Source: Gemmataceae bacterium (lineage in GTDB: Bacteria > Planctomycetota > Planctomycetia > Gemmatales > Gemmataceae). Taken from it: a stretch of DNA of 39,411 nt. A model generated the notes under the pieces. The model ran no database searches. It saw only the letters and a list, made by a program, of their open reading frames with translations, and was not told the origin of the DNA. This document shows, piece by piece, positions 16,346 through 24,418 of this stretch; position 1 is the stretch's first letter, and each line of letters opens with the position of its first letter. The stretch spans positions 1 to 39,411 of the forward strand of contig DATKHW010000362.1 of NCBI GenBank assembly GCA_035546275.1, in the 5' to 3' direction. A program made the position numbers and the translations under genes.

Positions 16346-17944
16346 TCATGCTTCGTCGGCTTCGGCGGATTGCGTGATGTGCAGCCCCAGGTCGCGGAGC
16401 TTCGCGCGCAGGGTTTGCCGGGCGATCCCCAGCAGGCGGGCCGCCTGGAACTGGTTGCCGCGGGTGAACTCCAGGACGCGCGGCAGCAAGACTCGGTCCA
16501 CCTCGCGGCGCGTTTTCGCATACAGGTCTTGAGCGTCCCGCGCCAACCGCCGGCGGATGAATGGTTCCAGGTTGAGGGCAGGCGAGCCGGGCCCGTCAGC
16601 AGCCGGAGCGCTCCGGTCGCCGACGCTCCCGGCTCGCTCCGTTGCGAGTTCGGGCAGGAAGGCCGGCAGCAGGACCGGGCCGCTGGCTTGAAGCAGGGCC
16701 TGCTTGAGCACGCTCTGCAGCTCCCGGATGTTGCCCGGCCAGGAGTAGCCGTGCAGCCGCTCCATCGCCTCCAGGGAAACCGCGCGGACCTCCCGCCCCA
16801 GCTCCCGGCTGAAGCGGCGCAGGAAGTACCGCACGAGTACGGCAAGATCGTCGCCGCGCTCGCGCAACGGCGGCAGGTGGATGGAGAAGACGCCCAACCG
16901 GTAGTACAGATCCGGCCGGAATCGCCCCTCAGCCGACCAGACCGCCAGGTCTCGGTGCGTCGCGGTGATGATCCGCACGTCGGTCCGAATGGTCTCGTTG
17001 CCGCCGAGGCGCTCGAAGGATTGTTCTTGAAGAAGCCGCAGAATCTTCGCCTGGAGCGACAGCGGCATGTCGCCGATTTCGTCCAGGAAGAGCGTGCCGC
17101 CGTGGCACTGCTCGAACTTGCCGATGCGTCGGCGGTCGGCACCGGTGAAGGCGCCCTTCTCGTGGCCGAACAGCTCGCTTTCCAGGAGGTTTTCAGGAAT
17201 GGCGGCGCAGTTGAGCGCCAGGAAGGGCGCTTTCGCCCGCGGGCCGTGGCGGTGGACCGCGCGGGCGATCAGCTCCTTGCCCGTGCCGCTCTCGCCGGTG
17301 ATCAGCACCGGCATGTCCTGGGCGGCGACGCGGCCGACGGCCTTGTATACCTCGGCCATGGCCGGGCAGGACCCGATCATGCCGGCCTCGACGCTCGCGT
17401 CCGCCTCGTTTTCCTCCGCCACGGCCGGCTGACGCATGCGCCGGGCGACGTCCAGCGCCTCGCCGACCACCCGCTGCAGCTGGGGCAAGTCGAGCGGCTG
17501 AAACAGGCAGTCGTAGGCGCCGTGCTTGATGACCTCGATAGCGGCGTCGGCCCGCCTGTGCCGGGCGACGAAAACAACCGGGACGTGGGCGTTGATGCGG
17601 CGGATTTGCTGATAGACCTCCAACCCGCACCCATCCGGCAAGCACTGGTCGAGGACGATCACGTCCGGCGAATCGCTGCGGACCTGCTCCAGTCCGAAGT
17701 CGCTGTCGCCGGCTGTCCGCACCCGGTAGACGGGCGCGGGGAACGCCTGGCGCAACTGCTGCTGCCTTTGCGTCGTTGCGTCGCCGATGAAGAGCAGGCG
17801 GCCGGCGCCGACGTCAGCCTTCTTGTCCTCAATTTCCAGAATGTGCAAATCTGGGGCGTGGCGGTTCTCTCGGTTCGCGGCCGTCTGCGGGACGCAGTAG
17901 GGCGGCCAATGGTGCGTGTTCAACTTCGCCGTCGCCTCCAACAT
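16346..17944 (-). CDS. sigma54-dependent activator (NtrC family) with degenerate receiver and about 48-aa N-terminal extension
   Basis: [23 protein letters not shown] and [26 protein letters not shown]. The receiver keeps the Asp (VIVLDQCLPD) but has LLFIGDA, VFVARH (no Thr/Ser) and CLFQPLD (Lys to Gln). Confidence 0.92.
   Translation of the reverse strand: MLEATAKLNTHHWPPYCVPQTAANRENRHAPDLHILEIEDKKADVGAGRLLFIGDATTQRQQQLRQAFPAPVYRVRTAGDSDFGLEQVRSDSPDVIVLDQCLPDGCGLEVYQQIRRINAHVPVVFVARHRRADAAIEVIKHGAYDCLFQPLDLPQLQRVVGEALDVARRMRQPAVAEENEADASVEAGMIGSCPAMAEVYKAVGRVAAQDMPVLITGESGTGKELIARAVHRHGPRAKAPFLALNCAAIPENLLESELFGHEKGAFTGADRRRIGKFEQCHGGTLFLDEIGDMPLSLQAKILRLLQEQSFERLGGNETIRTDVRIITATHRDLAVWSAEGRFRPDLYYRLGVFSIHLPPLRERGDDLAVLVRYFLRRFSRELGREVRAVSLEAMERLHGYSWPGNIRELQSVLKQALLQASGPVLLPAFLPELATERAGSVGDRSAPAADGPGSPALNLEPFIRRRLARDAQDLYAKTRREVDRVLLPRVLEFTRGNQFQAARLLGIARQTLRAKLRDLGLHITQSAEADEA
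16992..17185. repeat. 194-nt tract about 97% identical to 3255-3448
   Basis: See the partner entry at 3255-3448. Confidence 0.85.
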
Positions 17945-18120
17945 GCAATCCTCCTCTCGCGGATCATGCCCGGAAAGGCGTACCTCATTGTGCGCCGCGC
18001 TTTCACCGGATCAAACCGTCATCCGGCCTAACTTTTCCATTACCCTTCTGAGCGTGGCGGAGGGACAGGGCATCTGTTATGATCGACGCCGACGCCCCGA
18101 CCCCTCGGTCCCAACTCCTC

Positions 18121-18717
18121 ATGAGCGGCGAACCCACCACCGGCGCCGTCCAGCGCTACCTGAACGCCCTGGCCGGGGACCAGCCCGCCGAGCCGATCGT
18201 GCGGGCGCTGCTCGACCGATCTGCCCGCCGTTTGCATCTTCTGTGCGCGAATCTTCTGCACCGCAATTACGCGCGGCTGACGCTGCCGCCCTTGAACTTG
18301 CAGGCCGACGAACTGCTCAGCGCCGTGGTGGAGCGCCTGCTCAAGGCGATGCGCTCGGTCCGCCCGCAGACCGTGCGCCAGTTCTTCGCGCTGGTCAACC
18401 AGCACATGCGCTGGGAGCTGAATGACCTGGCCCGCCGCTTAGATGAACAGCCGGCAGCCATAGCGCTGCAAGAAGGGATGGCGCCGGCGCCGGACAGCAG
18501 CGGCTCCGTCCTGACTCCGGACGGCCGCCGGATGCTGGAAGCGATCGACCGCCTGCCGGAGGAGGAGCGGGAGGTTTTCGGTTTGGTGCGCGTTCAGGGC
18601 CTGACGCAGCGCGAAGCCGGCGAAGTGCTCGACGTCTCCGCCAAGACGGTGCAGCGGCGCCTGAACCGCTCGCTGTTGCTGCTGGCGAAGGAGCTGGACG
18701 ATTTGCGCCCGACCTAG
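18121..18717 (+). CDS. ECF-type RNA polymerase sigma factor (kinase-associated type)
   Basis: Region 4 LPEEEREVFGLVRVQGLTQREAGEVLDVSAKTVQRRLNRSL. The N-terminus aligns with the paralogue at 37264-37881 from MSGEPTTGAVQRYL, so I prefer ATG 18121. The track start 18079 remains possible. Confidence 0.85.
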   Translation: MSGEPTTGAVQRYLNALAGDQPAEPIVRALLDRSARRLHLLCANLLHRNYARLTLPPLNLQADELLSAVVERLLKAMRSVRPQTVRQFFALVNQHMRWELNDLARRLDEQPAAIALQEGMAPAPDSSGSVLTPDGRRMLEAIDRLPEEEREVFGLVRVQGLTQREAGEVLDVSAKTVQRRLNRSLLLLAKELDDLRPT

Positions 18718-18735
18718 AGGAGGGGCGACCCCGTC

Positions 18736-21700
18736 ATGTCCGACGATTCACGTGTAGAGGAATTGCTGGAGGAACTGCTCGACTCGGGCGGCAGCCCCGA
18801 AGAGGTCTGCCGCGCGTGCCCCGACCTGTTGCCGCAGGTCCGCGCCGGCTGGAGGCGGTTGCGCGCCCTGCATGCCCAGGTCGTCGCGTTGTTTCCCGAG
18901 ACCACCCTGCTCGACGACGTCGAACCCGATGGGGCGACGCCGCACCCGCCGCCGGCCGCGCTGCCGCGGATCCCCGGCTATGAGGTGCAGGCGGTCCTGG
19001 GCCACGGCGGCATGGGCGTCGTTTACAAGGCTTGGCACGTGCGGCTGCACCGCGCCGTCGCCCTGAAAATGCTTCTCGCCGGCCCCGGCGCCCGGCCGGA
19101 GGAGCTGGAGCGGTTCCTGCGCGAGGCCGAAGCCGTGGCCGGCCTGCGCCACCCCAACATCGTCCAAATCCACGACATCGGCGACCTGGACGGCCGGCCG
19201 TATTTCACCATGGAATTCGTTGAGGGCGGCAGCCTGGCCCGGAAGCTGGCGGGGACTCCGCAGTCGGCTCGCGAGGCCGCCGCCCTGACGGCCGCGCTGG
19301 CCGAGGCCGTCCACGCGGCCCATCAAAGCGGCATCGTCCACCGCGACCTGAAACCGGCCAACGTGCTGCTCACCGCCGACGGCACGCCCAAGATCGCCGA
19401 CTTCGGCCTGGCACGCCGGCTGGAGGGGGGCGCGGGCCTCACCCAGAGCGGCGCCGCCGTGGGGACGCCCAGCTACATGGCCCCCGAGCAGGCTCAGGGC
19501 AAAACGGGGCGGGCCGCCGACATCTACGCCCTCGGGGCGATTCTGTACGAACTGCTGACGGGCCGGCCGCCGTTCCGGGCGGAGACGGCGGTGGAGACGG
19601 TCCTGCAAGTGCTCCACCAGGAGCCGGTCCCGCCGTCGCGCCTGAACGCAAAGACGCCGCGCGACCTGGAGACGATTTGCCTGAAATGCCTCCGCAAAGA
19701 TCCGCAACGGCGTTACGCCGCCGCGGCGGCGCTGGCGGACGACCTGCGGCGGTTCCAGCGCGGCGAACCCGTCCGGGCGCGTCCCGCGAGCCTGCCGTCG
19801 CGCCTGGCCAAGTGGGCGCGCCGTCGCCCGACCCATGCGGCCATGCTCGCCGTGGGCCTCCTTTTCATCGTCGCGCTGGTCGCCGGGGGCGTGTGGCTGG
19901 CGCTGCACCAGGCGGAACGGCGCCGCTTGATCGAAGCGGACTTGAAAGATGTGGCGACTCTGCAAGAGCAGGCCCGCTGGACGGCGGCGCGGGCCGCGCT
20001 GGAACGGGCCGCGGCCCGGCTCGATGGAAGCGTCTCCGACGACCTGCGGGGACGGATCGACCAATCGCGGCGCGACCTCGACCTGGCGACCCAGCTGGAC
20101 GCCGTCCAACTGCGGCGCGAGACCCGCAGCGACCTGCCTTTCTACGACGCCCAGGCGGCCCGGGAGTACGCAGAGGCGTTCCAGAAGGCGGGGCTGGGCA
20201 AGCTCCTCGATCCGCCGGAGCGTGTGGCGGCGATGGTGAACGCATCGGCCGTGCGCAAGGCGCTCGTGGAAGCGCTGGACGACTGGTCGGTCCGCGCGAC
20301 CGACAAGGAGGAGCGGGCCTGGCTGTTGGAGGCTCTGAAGCGGGCGGACCCCGACCCGGAGGGATGGCGGGCGCGCGTCCCGGCGGCGTGGGAGGACGCC
20401 GGGACGCTGGCCGAATTGGCCCGGACCGCGCCAGTCGAGCGGCTGCCGGAGTCCATGATGCTAGCGATTGGGCGACGCTTGAGGGCTTTCCGGCGGGACG
20501 CGGCCCCGTTCTTGAGGCGGGTACAGCAGGCGCATCCCGGCGATTTCTGGCCCAATTTGATCCTCGGCGATGCGCTGCTCCAGGGGAACGCCGAGCAAGC
20601 GGCCGGCTACTACCGAGCGGCGTTAGCAAGCCGGCCGACGGCGGCGGTCGGTTACTGCGCCGTCGGCGACGCCCTGAGATACCACGACGACCTGGATGCG
20701 GCGATCGATTACTATCACAAGGCCCTCCAATTCGACCCTAATTTCGCCAGGGCTCACAACAATCTCGGCCTTTCCCTGCAAGCCCAGGACCAACTGGACG
20801 AGGCGATGGGTTGCTTCCAGAAGGCCGCCCAGCTCGACCCCGACTACGCCTGGGCCCATCTCGATCTCGGCAACCTCCTGCGAGCCAAGGGCCGGCTGGA
20901 CGAGGCCTACGATCAATTCCAGGAGGTCCTCCGCCTGGACCCGACGAACCGGGAAGTCCGAGACCCCCTGAGAAGCATCCTGGTTCGGCGGGGACGAGTG
21001 GAAGAAGTGCAGGCCGAATGGCGCAAGGCGATCGACGCCGACCCGTCTCAGCATGATACGTGGTTCGGCTACGCGGAATTCTGCCTGTTTCTTGGACAGC
21101 CAGAGGAGTACCGCCGCGTCCGCCGGGCCTTGCTCGATCGCTTCGGCGCGACCACCGACCCGTACACGGCCGAGCCGGTCGGCCGGGCCTGCCTGCTGCT
21201 GCCGGCTTCGGAGGAAGAGTTGCAGCAGGCGGCGGCCCTCGCCGACCGCGCCGTGGCCGCCAAGGGATCGACGCCGGCCTGGATTTACCGCTACTTTCTG
21301 TTCGCCAAGGGCCTCGCCGAGTATCGCCAGGGCAGGTACGACAGCGCGATCGCGCTGATGAAAGGGGAAGCGTCCCTGGTCATGGGGCCCTCCCCCCGCG
21401 TAATTGCGGCCATGGCCCAGTACCGAAACGGTCAGGAGAAGCAGGCGCGCAAGACGCTTGCGCTGGCCGTCGTCGGCTTCGATTGGAGCGCCGCCGATGC
21501 GGACAGGCGCGACATCTGGATCGCCCACATCCTCCGCCGCGAGGCCGAGGCCCTGATCCTGCCGGACCTGCCGGCGTTCCTGCGGGGAGAATATCAGCCG
21601 CGGGACGACGACGAAGGCATGGCGCTGGTAGGGGCCTGTCAATTCCAAGGCCTCGACGGCTCCGCGGCCCGCCTGTACGCCGATGCCTTCACGGCCGATC

Positions 21701-22134
21701 CGAACCTGGCCGAGGACCTGGCCGCGCAATGCCTTCGCCGCACGCAACGAAGCGGCCAAAAGCCGGGCGGCGTGCTCGAGAATCTCAACTCGGAATGCCG
21801 TTACCCCGCCGTCCGCTGCGCGGCGCTGGCCGGTTGCGGATTCGGCAAGGATGCGGCCATGCTCAGCGAAGCGGAGCGGACGCGCTGGCGCCGGCAGGCG
21901 CGCAACTGGCTGCGGGCCGACCTGGCCCTGTGGGACAAGATGCTGTCCAGCGATGCGCCGGCGGCCCGCGACCTGGCGGAGAAAATGCTGAGGCGCTGGC
22001 AGATCGATCCCGACCTGGCCGGGCTGCGCGAGCCGGGCGCTATGGACGCGTTGCCGGCGGACGAGCGAGCCGAGTGGGTCGCGCTGTGGAGAGAGGTCGG
22101 CGCCGCGCTCGATCGCGCCCACACGACCCGGTGA
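18736..22134 (+). CDS. membrane Ser/Thr protein kinase with N-terminal CxxC helical module and TPR-rich extracytoplasmic region
   Basis: Starts 18 nt after the sigma gene stop. Hanks motifs GGMGVVYKA, VALK, HRDLKPANVLL, DFGLAR, GTPSYMAPEQ. One TM helix AAMLAVGLLFIVALVAGGVWLAL. TPR-like repeats (AIDYYHKALQFDPNFARAHNNLG etc.). Confidence 0.93.
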   Translation: MSDDSRVEELLEELLDSGGSPEEVCRACPDLLPQVRAGWRRLRALHAQVVALFPETTLLDDVEPDGATPHPPPAALPRIPGYEVQAVLGHGGMGVVYKAWHVRLHRAVALKMLLAGPGARPEELERFLREAEAVAGLRHPNIVQIHDIGDLDGRPYFTMEFVEGGSLARKLAGTPQSAREAAALTAALAEAVHAAHQSGIVHRDLKPANVLLTADGTPKIADFGLARRLEGGAGLTQSGAAVGTPSYMAPEQAQGKTGRAADIYALGAILYELLTGRPPFRAETAVETVLQVLHQEPVPPSRLNAKTPRDLETICLKCLRKDPQRRYAAAAALADDLRRFQRGEPVRARPASLPSRLAKWARRRPTHAAMLAVGLLFIVALVAGGVWLALHQAERRRLIEADLKDVATLQEQARWTAARAALERAAARLDGSVSDDLRGRIDQSRRDLDLATQLDAVQLRRETRSDLPFYDAQAAREYAEAFQKAGLGKLLDPPERVAAMVNASAVRKALVEALDDWSVRATDKEERAWLLEALKRADPDPEGWRARVPAAWEDAGTLAELARTAPVERLPESMMLAIGRRLRAFRRDAAPFLRRVQQAHPGDFWPNLILGDALLQGNAEQAAGYYRAALASRPTAAVGYCAVGDALRYHDDLDAAIDYYHKALQFDPNFARAHNNLGLSLQAQDQLDEAMGCFQKAAQLDPDYAWAHLDLGNLLRAKGRLDEAYDQFQEVLRLDPTNREVRDPLRSILVRRGRVEEVQAEWRKAIDADPSQHDTWFGYAEFCLFLGQPEEYRRVRRALLDRFGATTDPYTAEPVGRACLLLPASEEELQQAAALADRAVAAKGSTPAWIYRYFLFAKGLAEYRQGRYDSAIALMKGEASLVMGPSPRVIAAMAQYRNGQEKQARKTLALAVVGFDWSAADADRRDIWIAHILRREAEALILPDLPAFLRGEYQPRDDDEGMALVGACQFQGLDGSAARLYADAFTADPNLAEDLAAQCLRRTQRSGQKPGGVLENLNSECRYPAVRCAALAGCGFGKDAAMLSEAERTRWRRQARNWLRADLALWDKMLSSDAPAARDLAEKMLRRWQIDPDLAGLREPGAMDALPADERAEWVALWREVGAALDRAHTTR

Positions 22135-22195
22135 GCATCAAGAGGTGCAATGGCCTCAGGGCCGATTCGAGGTTGGTGTAGCGGACGGCGTTCGG

Positions 22196-22276
22196 CGTGG
22201 CCGGGGCTGAGTCTTCGAAGCCCCGGCATACCCTGGAAATGTATGCCGGGGCTTCGAAGACTCAGCCCCGGCCACG
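22196..22276. repeat. perfect 35-bp inverted repeat with 11-nt loop between convergent kinase genes
   Basis: CGTGGCCGGGGCTGAGTCTTCGAAGCCCCGGCATA (22196-22230) and its exact reverse complement (22242-22276). Flanks extend the pairing imperfectly (GTAGCGG / CCGCTAC). Confidence 0.95.
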
Positions 22277-22325
22277 CACGAGCCGCTACGCAAACGCAGA
22301 AAGCGCTTTAGCCGCGTCCGTCCCT

Positions 22326-23996
22326 TCAGCGCGTCGCGGGAACATTCTGACCGTCGCGCTCGAATTCGTCCGTCGCAGGCGCCGCCTTGTCGGCGTCGGC
22401 GTTTCGCTGCCACCAGTCTTCGGCCCGTTCCGGCGTCCATTGGCCCGCGCAGGCGCACGCGGCCAGCGCCCGGTCCAGGCTCGCCGCGTCCGGGTAGCGT
22501 CGGTCCGGGTCCTTTTCCAGGCAGCGGAGCACGACGCCCTGCAAATCGGCCGCCGCCGTTTGCTGGAATTGGGGGATAGGGGTGGGCGGTTCGTAGGCGT
22601 GGGCGTGCAGCATTTCCAGGGCGGAGGACCGGTCGAAGAGGAGCTGGCCGGTGAGCAGGAAGTAGGCCACGGCGCCGACGTTGTAGATGTCGCTCCGCGC
22701 GTCCAGCTGCGCGCGGCCCTTCGCCTGCTCTGGCGACACAAAGGCCGGCGACCCGGTCAGGGCGCCGTCCCGCGTCAGCCGGCCGTCGTCGCCCTCCAGG
22801 CCGAAGCCCTTCACCAAACCGAAATCGAGCAGCTTGGCCACGTCGTACACCTTGCCGCGCTCGCAGGCGAAGATGTTGCTCGGCTTGACGTCACGGTGGA
22901 TCAGGCCGATGCCGTGGGCCTCGCGCAGCGCCTGGCACACCTGGCGCAGCAGATGCACCGCCCTTTCCGGCGGCATCGGCCCGTGCTGCTCGACCAGCTC
23001 CTCCAGGTTCATGCCCGGCAGGTACTCCATCACGTAGTAGAACGTGCCGTCCTCCGCGTGGCCGTAGTCGAAGATCTCGACGGTGTTGGGGTGCGTCAGG
23101 GTCGCGGTCGCCCGCACCTCGCGCTCGAAGCGGAGCAACGTCCGCGGGTCGCCGGCCTGGTCGGGCCGAATCAGCTTGACGGCGCAGGGCCGGCGGAGCA
23201 TCACGTGCTCGGCCAAATAGACCGCGCCCATGCCGCCGAAGCCGACCACCCGCTTGAGCCGATACTGGCCGAGCCGCTGCGCCTCGTGCGCCTTTTGTTG
23301 CATCTCCCGGATCTTGTGCGAGCCGAACACAGCGATGGTCGCGGCCGTGCCGATCAGAATCACCGCCTCGGGAAGCGCCGACCACAAGTAGGGGGCCGCC
23401 GTCCCTTCCACCAAGCCATCCACGATCAGCAGGCCCAGCGGGACCGCCGCCAGAACGGCCACGACCGCAGCGCAGCGCCGCCCGGTGTTGGGGATGAACA
23501 CGCCGTAGAGGACGATCAGGAGGAACGAGCGCAGGATCCCGGCCATGCCGATCTGCCGATAAATCGCCGATTCGCCGCCGGGCACGATGGCGCCCCGCAG
23601 GACGCCGTCGTGGTAGGCGTCGAATTGCAGCCAGGCGAAAAAGACGGCGACCATGCCGAAAATGGTCAATTCGAGAGTGCGTAAGGTCTTCATGGACAGG
23701 AGCCGGCGACTCCACAGCAGCACGGAAACGAGCGCCATGACCGCGATTTCGCCGCCGGTGATTGAGAGTCGAAGCGGACGATGGTCGAAGGCCGGCTCCT
23801 GCAGCAGCACGTTCCGCACGAAATGCAGCGTAAACCCGACCAGGATGATCAGGATGGCCAGGCGCAGCCGGGTGCGGAGCAGGGACGTCATTTCATCCGT
23901 GAAACACGGGCCTGAATCCGAACCTTGGGCGAAGCGGCAGCGCGGCTTGCGCGACGTCTTCACGGAGTCGCCGAAGTCCACGGTCGCAACGTTCAT
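22326..23996 (-). CDS. Ser/Thr protein kinase with N-terminal polytopic membrane domain
   Basis: GGAGG 5 nt before ATG 23996 (track start 24017 is GTG). About 6 hydrophobic helices in the first 240 aa. Then GFGGMGAVYLA, AVK, HRDVKPSNIF, DFGLV, GSPAFVSPEQ. Confidence 0.9.
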   Translation of the reverse strand: MNVATVDFGDSVKTSRKPRCRFAQGSDSGPCFTDEMTSLLRTRLRLAILIILVGFTLHFVRNVLLQEPAFDHRPLRLSITGGEIAVMALVSVLLWSRRLLSMKTLRTLELTIFGMVAVFFAWLQFDAYHDGVLRGAIVPGGESAIYRQIGMAGILRSFLLIVLYGVFIPNTGRRCAAVVAVLAAVPLGLLIVDGLVEGTAAPYLWSALPEAVILIGTAATIAVFGSHKIREMQQKAHEAQRLGQYRLKRVVGFGGMGAVYLAEHVMLRRPCAVKLIRPDQAGDPRTLLRFEREVRATATLTHPNTVEIFDYGHAEDGTFYYVMEYLPGMNLEELVEQHGPMPPERAVHLLRQVCQALREAHGIGLIHRDVKPSNIFACERGKVYDVAKLLDFGLVKGFGLEGDDGRLTRDGALTGSPAFVSPEQAKGRAQLDARSDIYNVGAVAYFLLTGQLLFDRSSALEMLHAHAYEPPTPIPQFQQTAAADLQGVVLRCLEKDPDRRYPDAASLDRALAACACAGQWTPERAEDWWQRNADADKAAPATDEFERDGQNVPATR

Positions 23997-24090
23997 CGCA
24001 CCTCCATCGACAGGCACGTCAGGTTACGGAACCCCAGGGGCTTGCCCTTGAGGCGCAGCCCAGCGGCGGTTGCAGTCGCTCTTTAGTTTA

Positions 24091-24106
24091 CGCAGCGGTC
24101 GTGCCA
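24091..24106 (-). promoter_or_regulatory. candidate sigma54 promoter (TGGCAC-N5-CTGC)
   Basis: Minus strand reads TTGGCACGACCGCTGCG with exact GG-N10-GC spacing. Intergenic, about 85-95 nt upstream of the kinase start at 23996. Confidence 0.5.
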
Positions 24107-24317
24107 AAGCGCGGCGCGTCGTCGCGCTTCCCTTCCCTGATGTATCACGCAGCGACGCAAAGGCCGCTAATCGGTCGGCGCAGGCTCCGGACCCGGCATC
24201 CGGAGGTGGTAGGTTTTTGGCCGACCCGAAAGCAATTCTACCCCTATCAGGCCTGCCCGCCTGCTCGGAGCAACCCGGCGGGCGCCAAAAAGCCCAAAAA
24301 ACACAGTCTGCTAGTCG

Positions 24318-24333
24318 CGGCACAGCTGTTGCT
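24318..24333 (+). promoter_or_regulatory. candidate sigma54 promoter (CGGCAC-N5-TTGCT)
   Basis: CGGCACAGCTGTTGCTTTTTT with exact spacing, 86 nt upstream of ATG 24419. Two A-tracts (24287-24291, 24296-24301) lie just upstream. Confidence 0.55.
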
Positions 24334-24418
24334 TTTTTGCAGCGCTGAACTAGACGGGCGGCGTGATCCGCTCAATCGAACGACCCGCGGCCTGTCGCCC
24401 GATCAAACGGGAGTAGAA

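Noticed and set aside
19033-19048. Sigma54-like matches inside coding sequence (TGGCAC at 19033, GGCGC-N5-TTGCT at 35903-35917 minus strand, TGGCAC-N5-GCGC near 22916)
   Set aside because: They have wrong spacing or weak cores, and they sit deep within ORFs with no downstream gene start. They show how often partial matches arise by chance in this GC-rich DNA, which is why only intergenic, correctly spaced and correctly distanced hits were reported.
24189-24197. 9-mer GGACCCGGC shared by the two divergent-promoter spacers (also at 31639-31647) as a common operator
   Set aside because: Expected by chance at about this frequency between two GC-rich regions of roughly 220 bp, and its distance to the promoters differs between the two spacers.
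24101-24418. N-terminal 106-aa extension of the catalase-like ORF (track start GTG 24101)
   Set aside because: The extension is Arg-rich junk and overlaps both candidate sigma54 promoters and the A-tracts. ATG 24419 has a GGGAG ribosome-binding site and begins with a sensible TM anchor.
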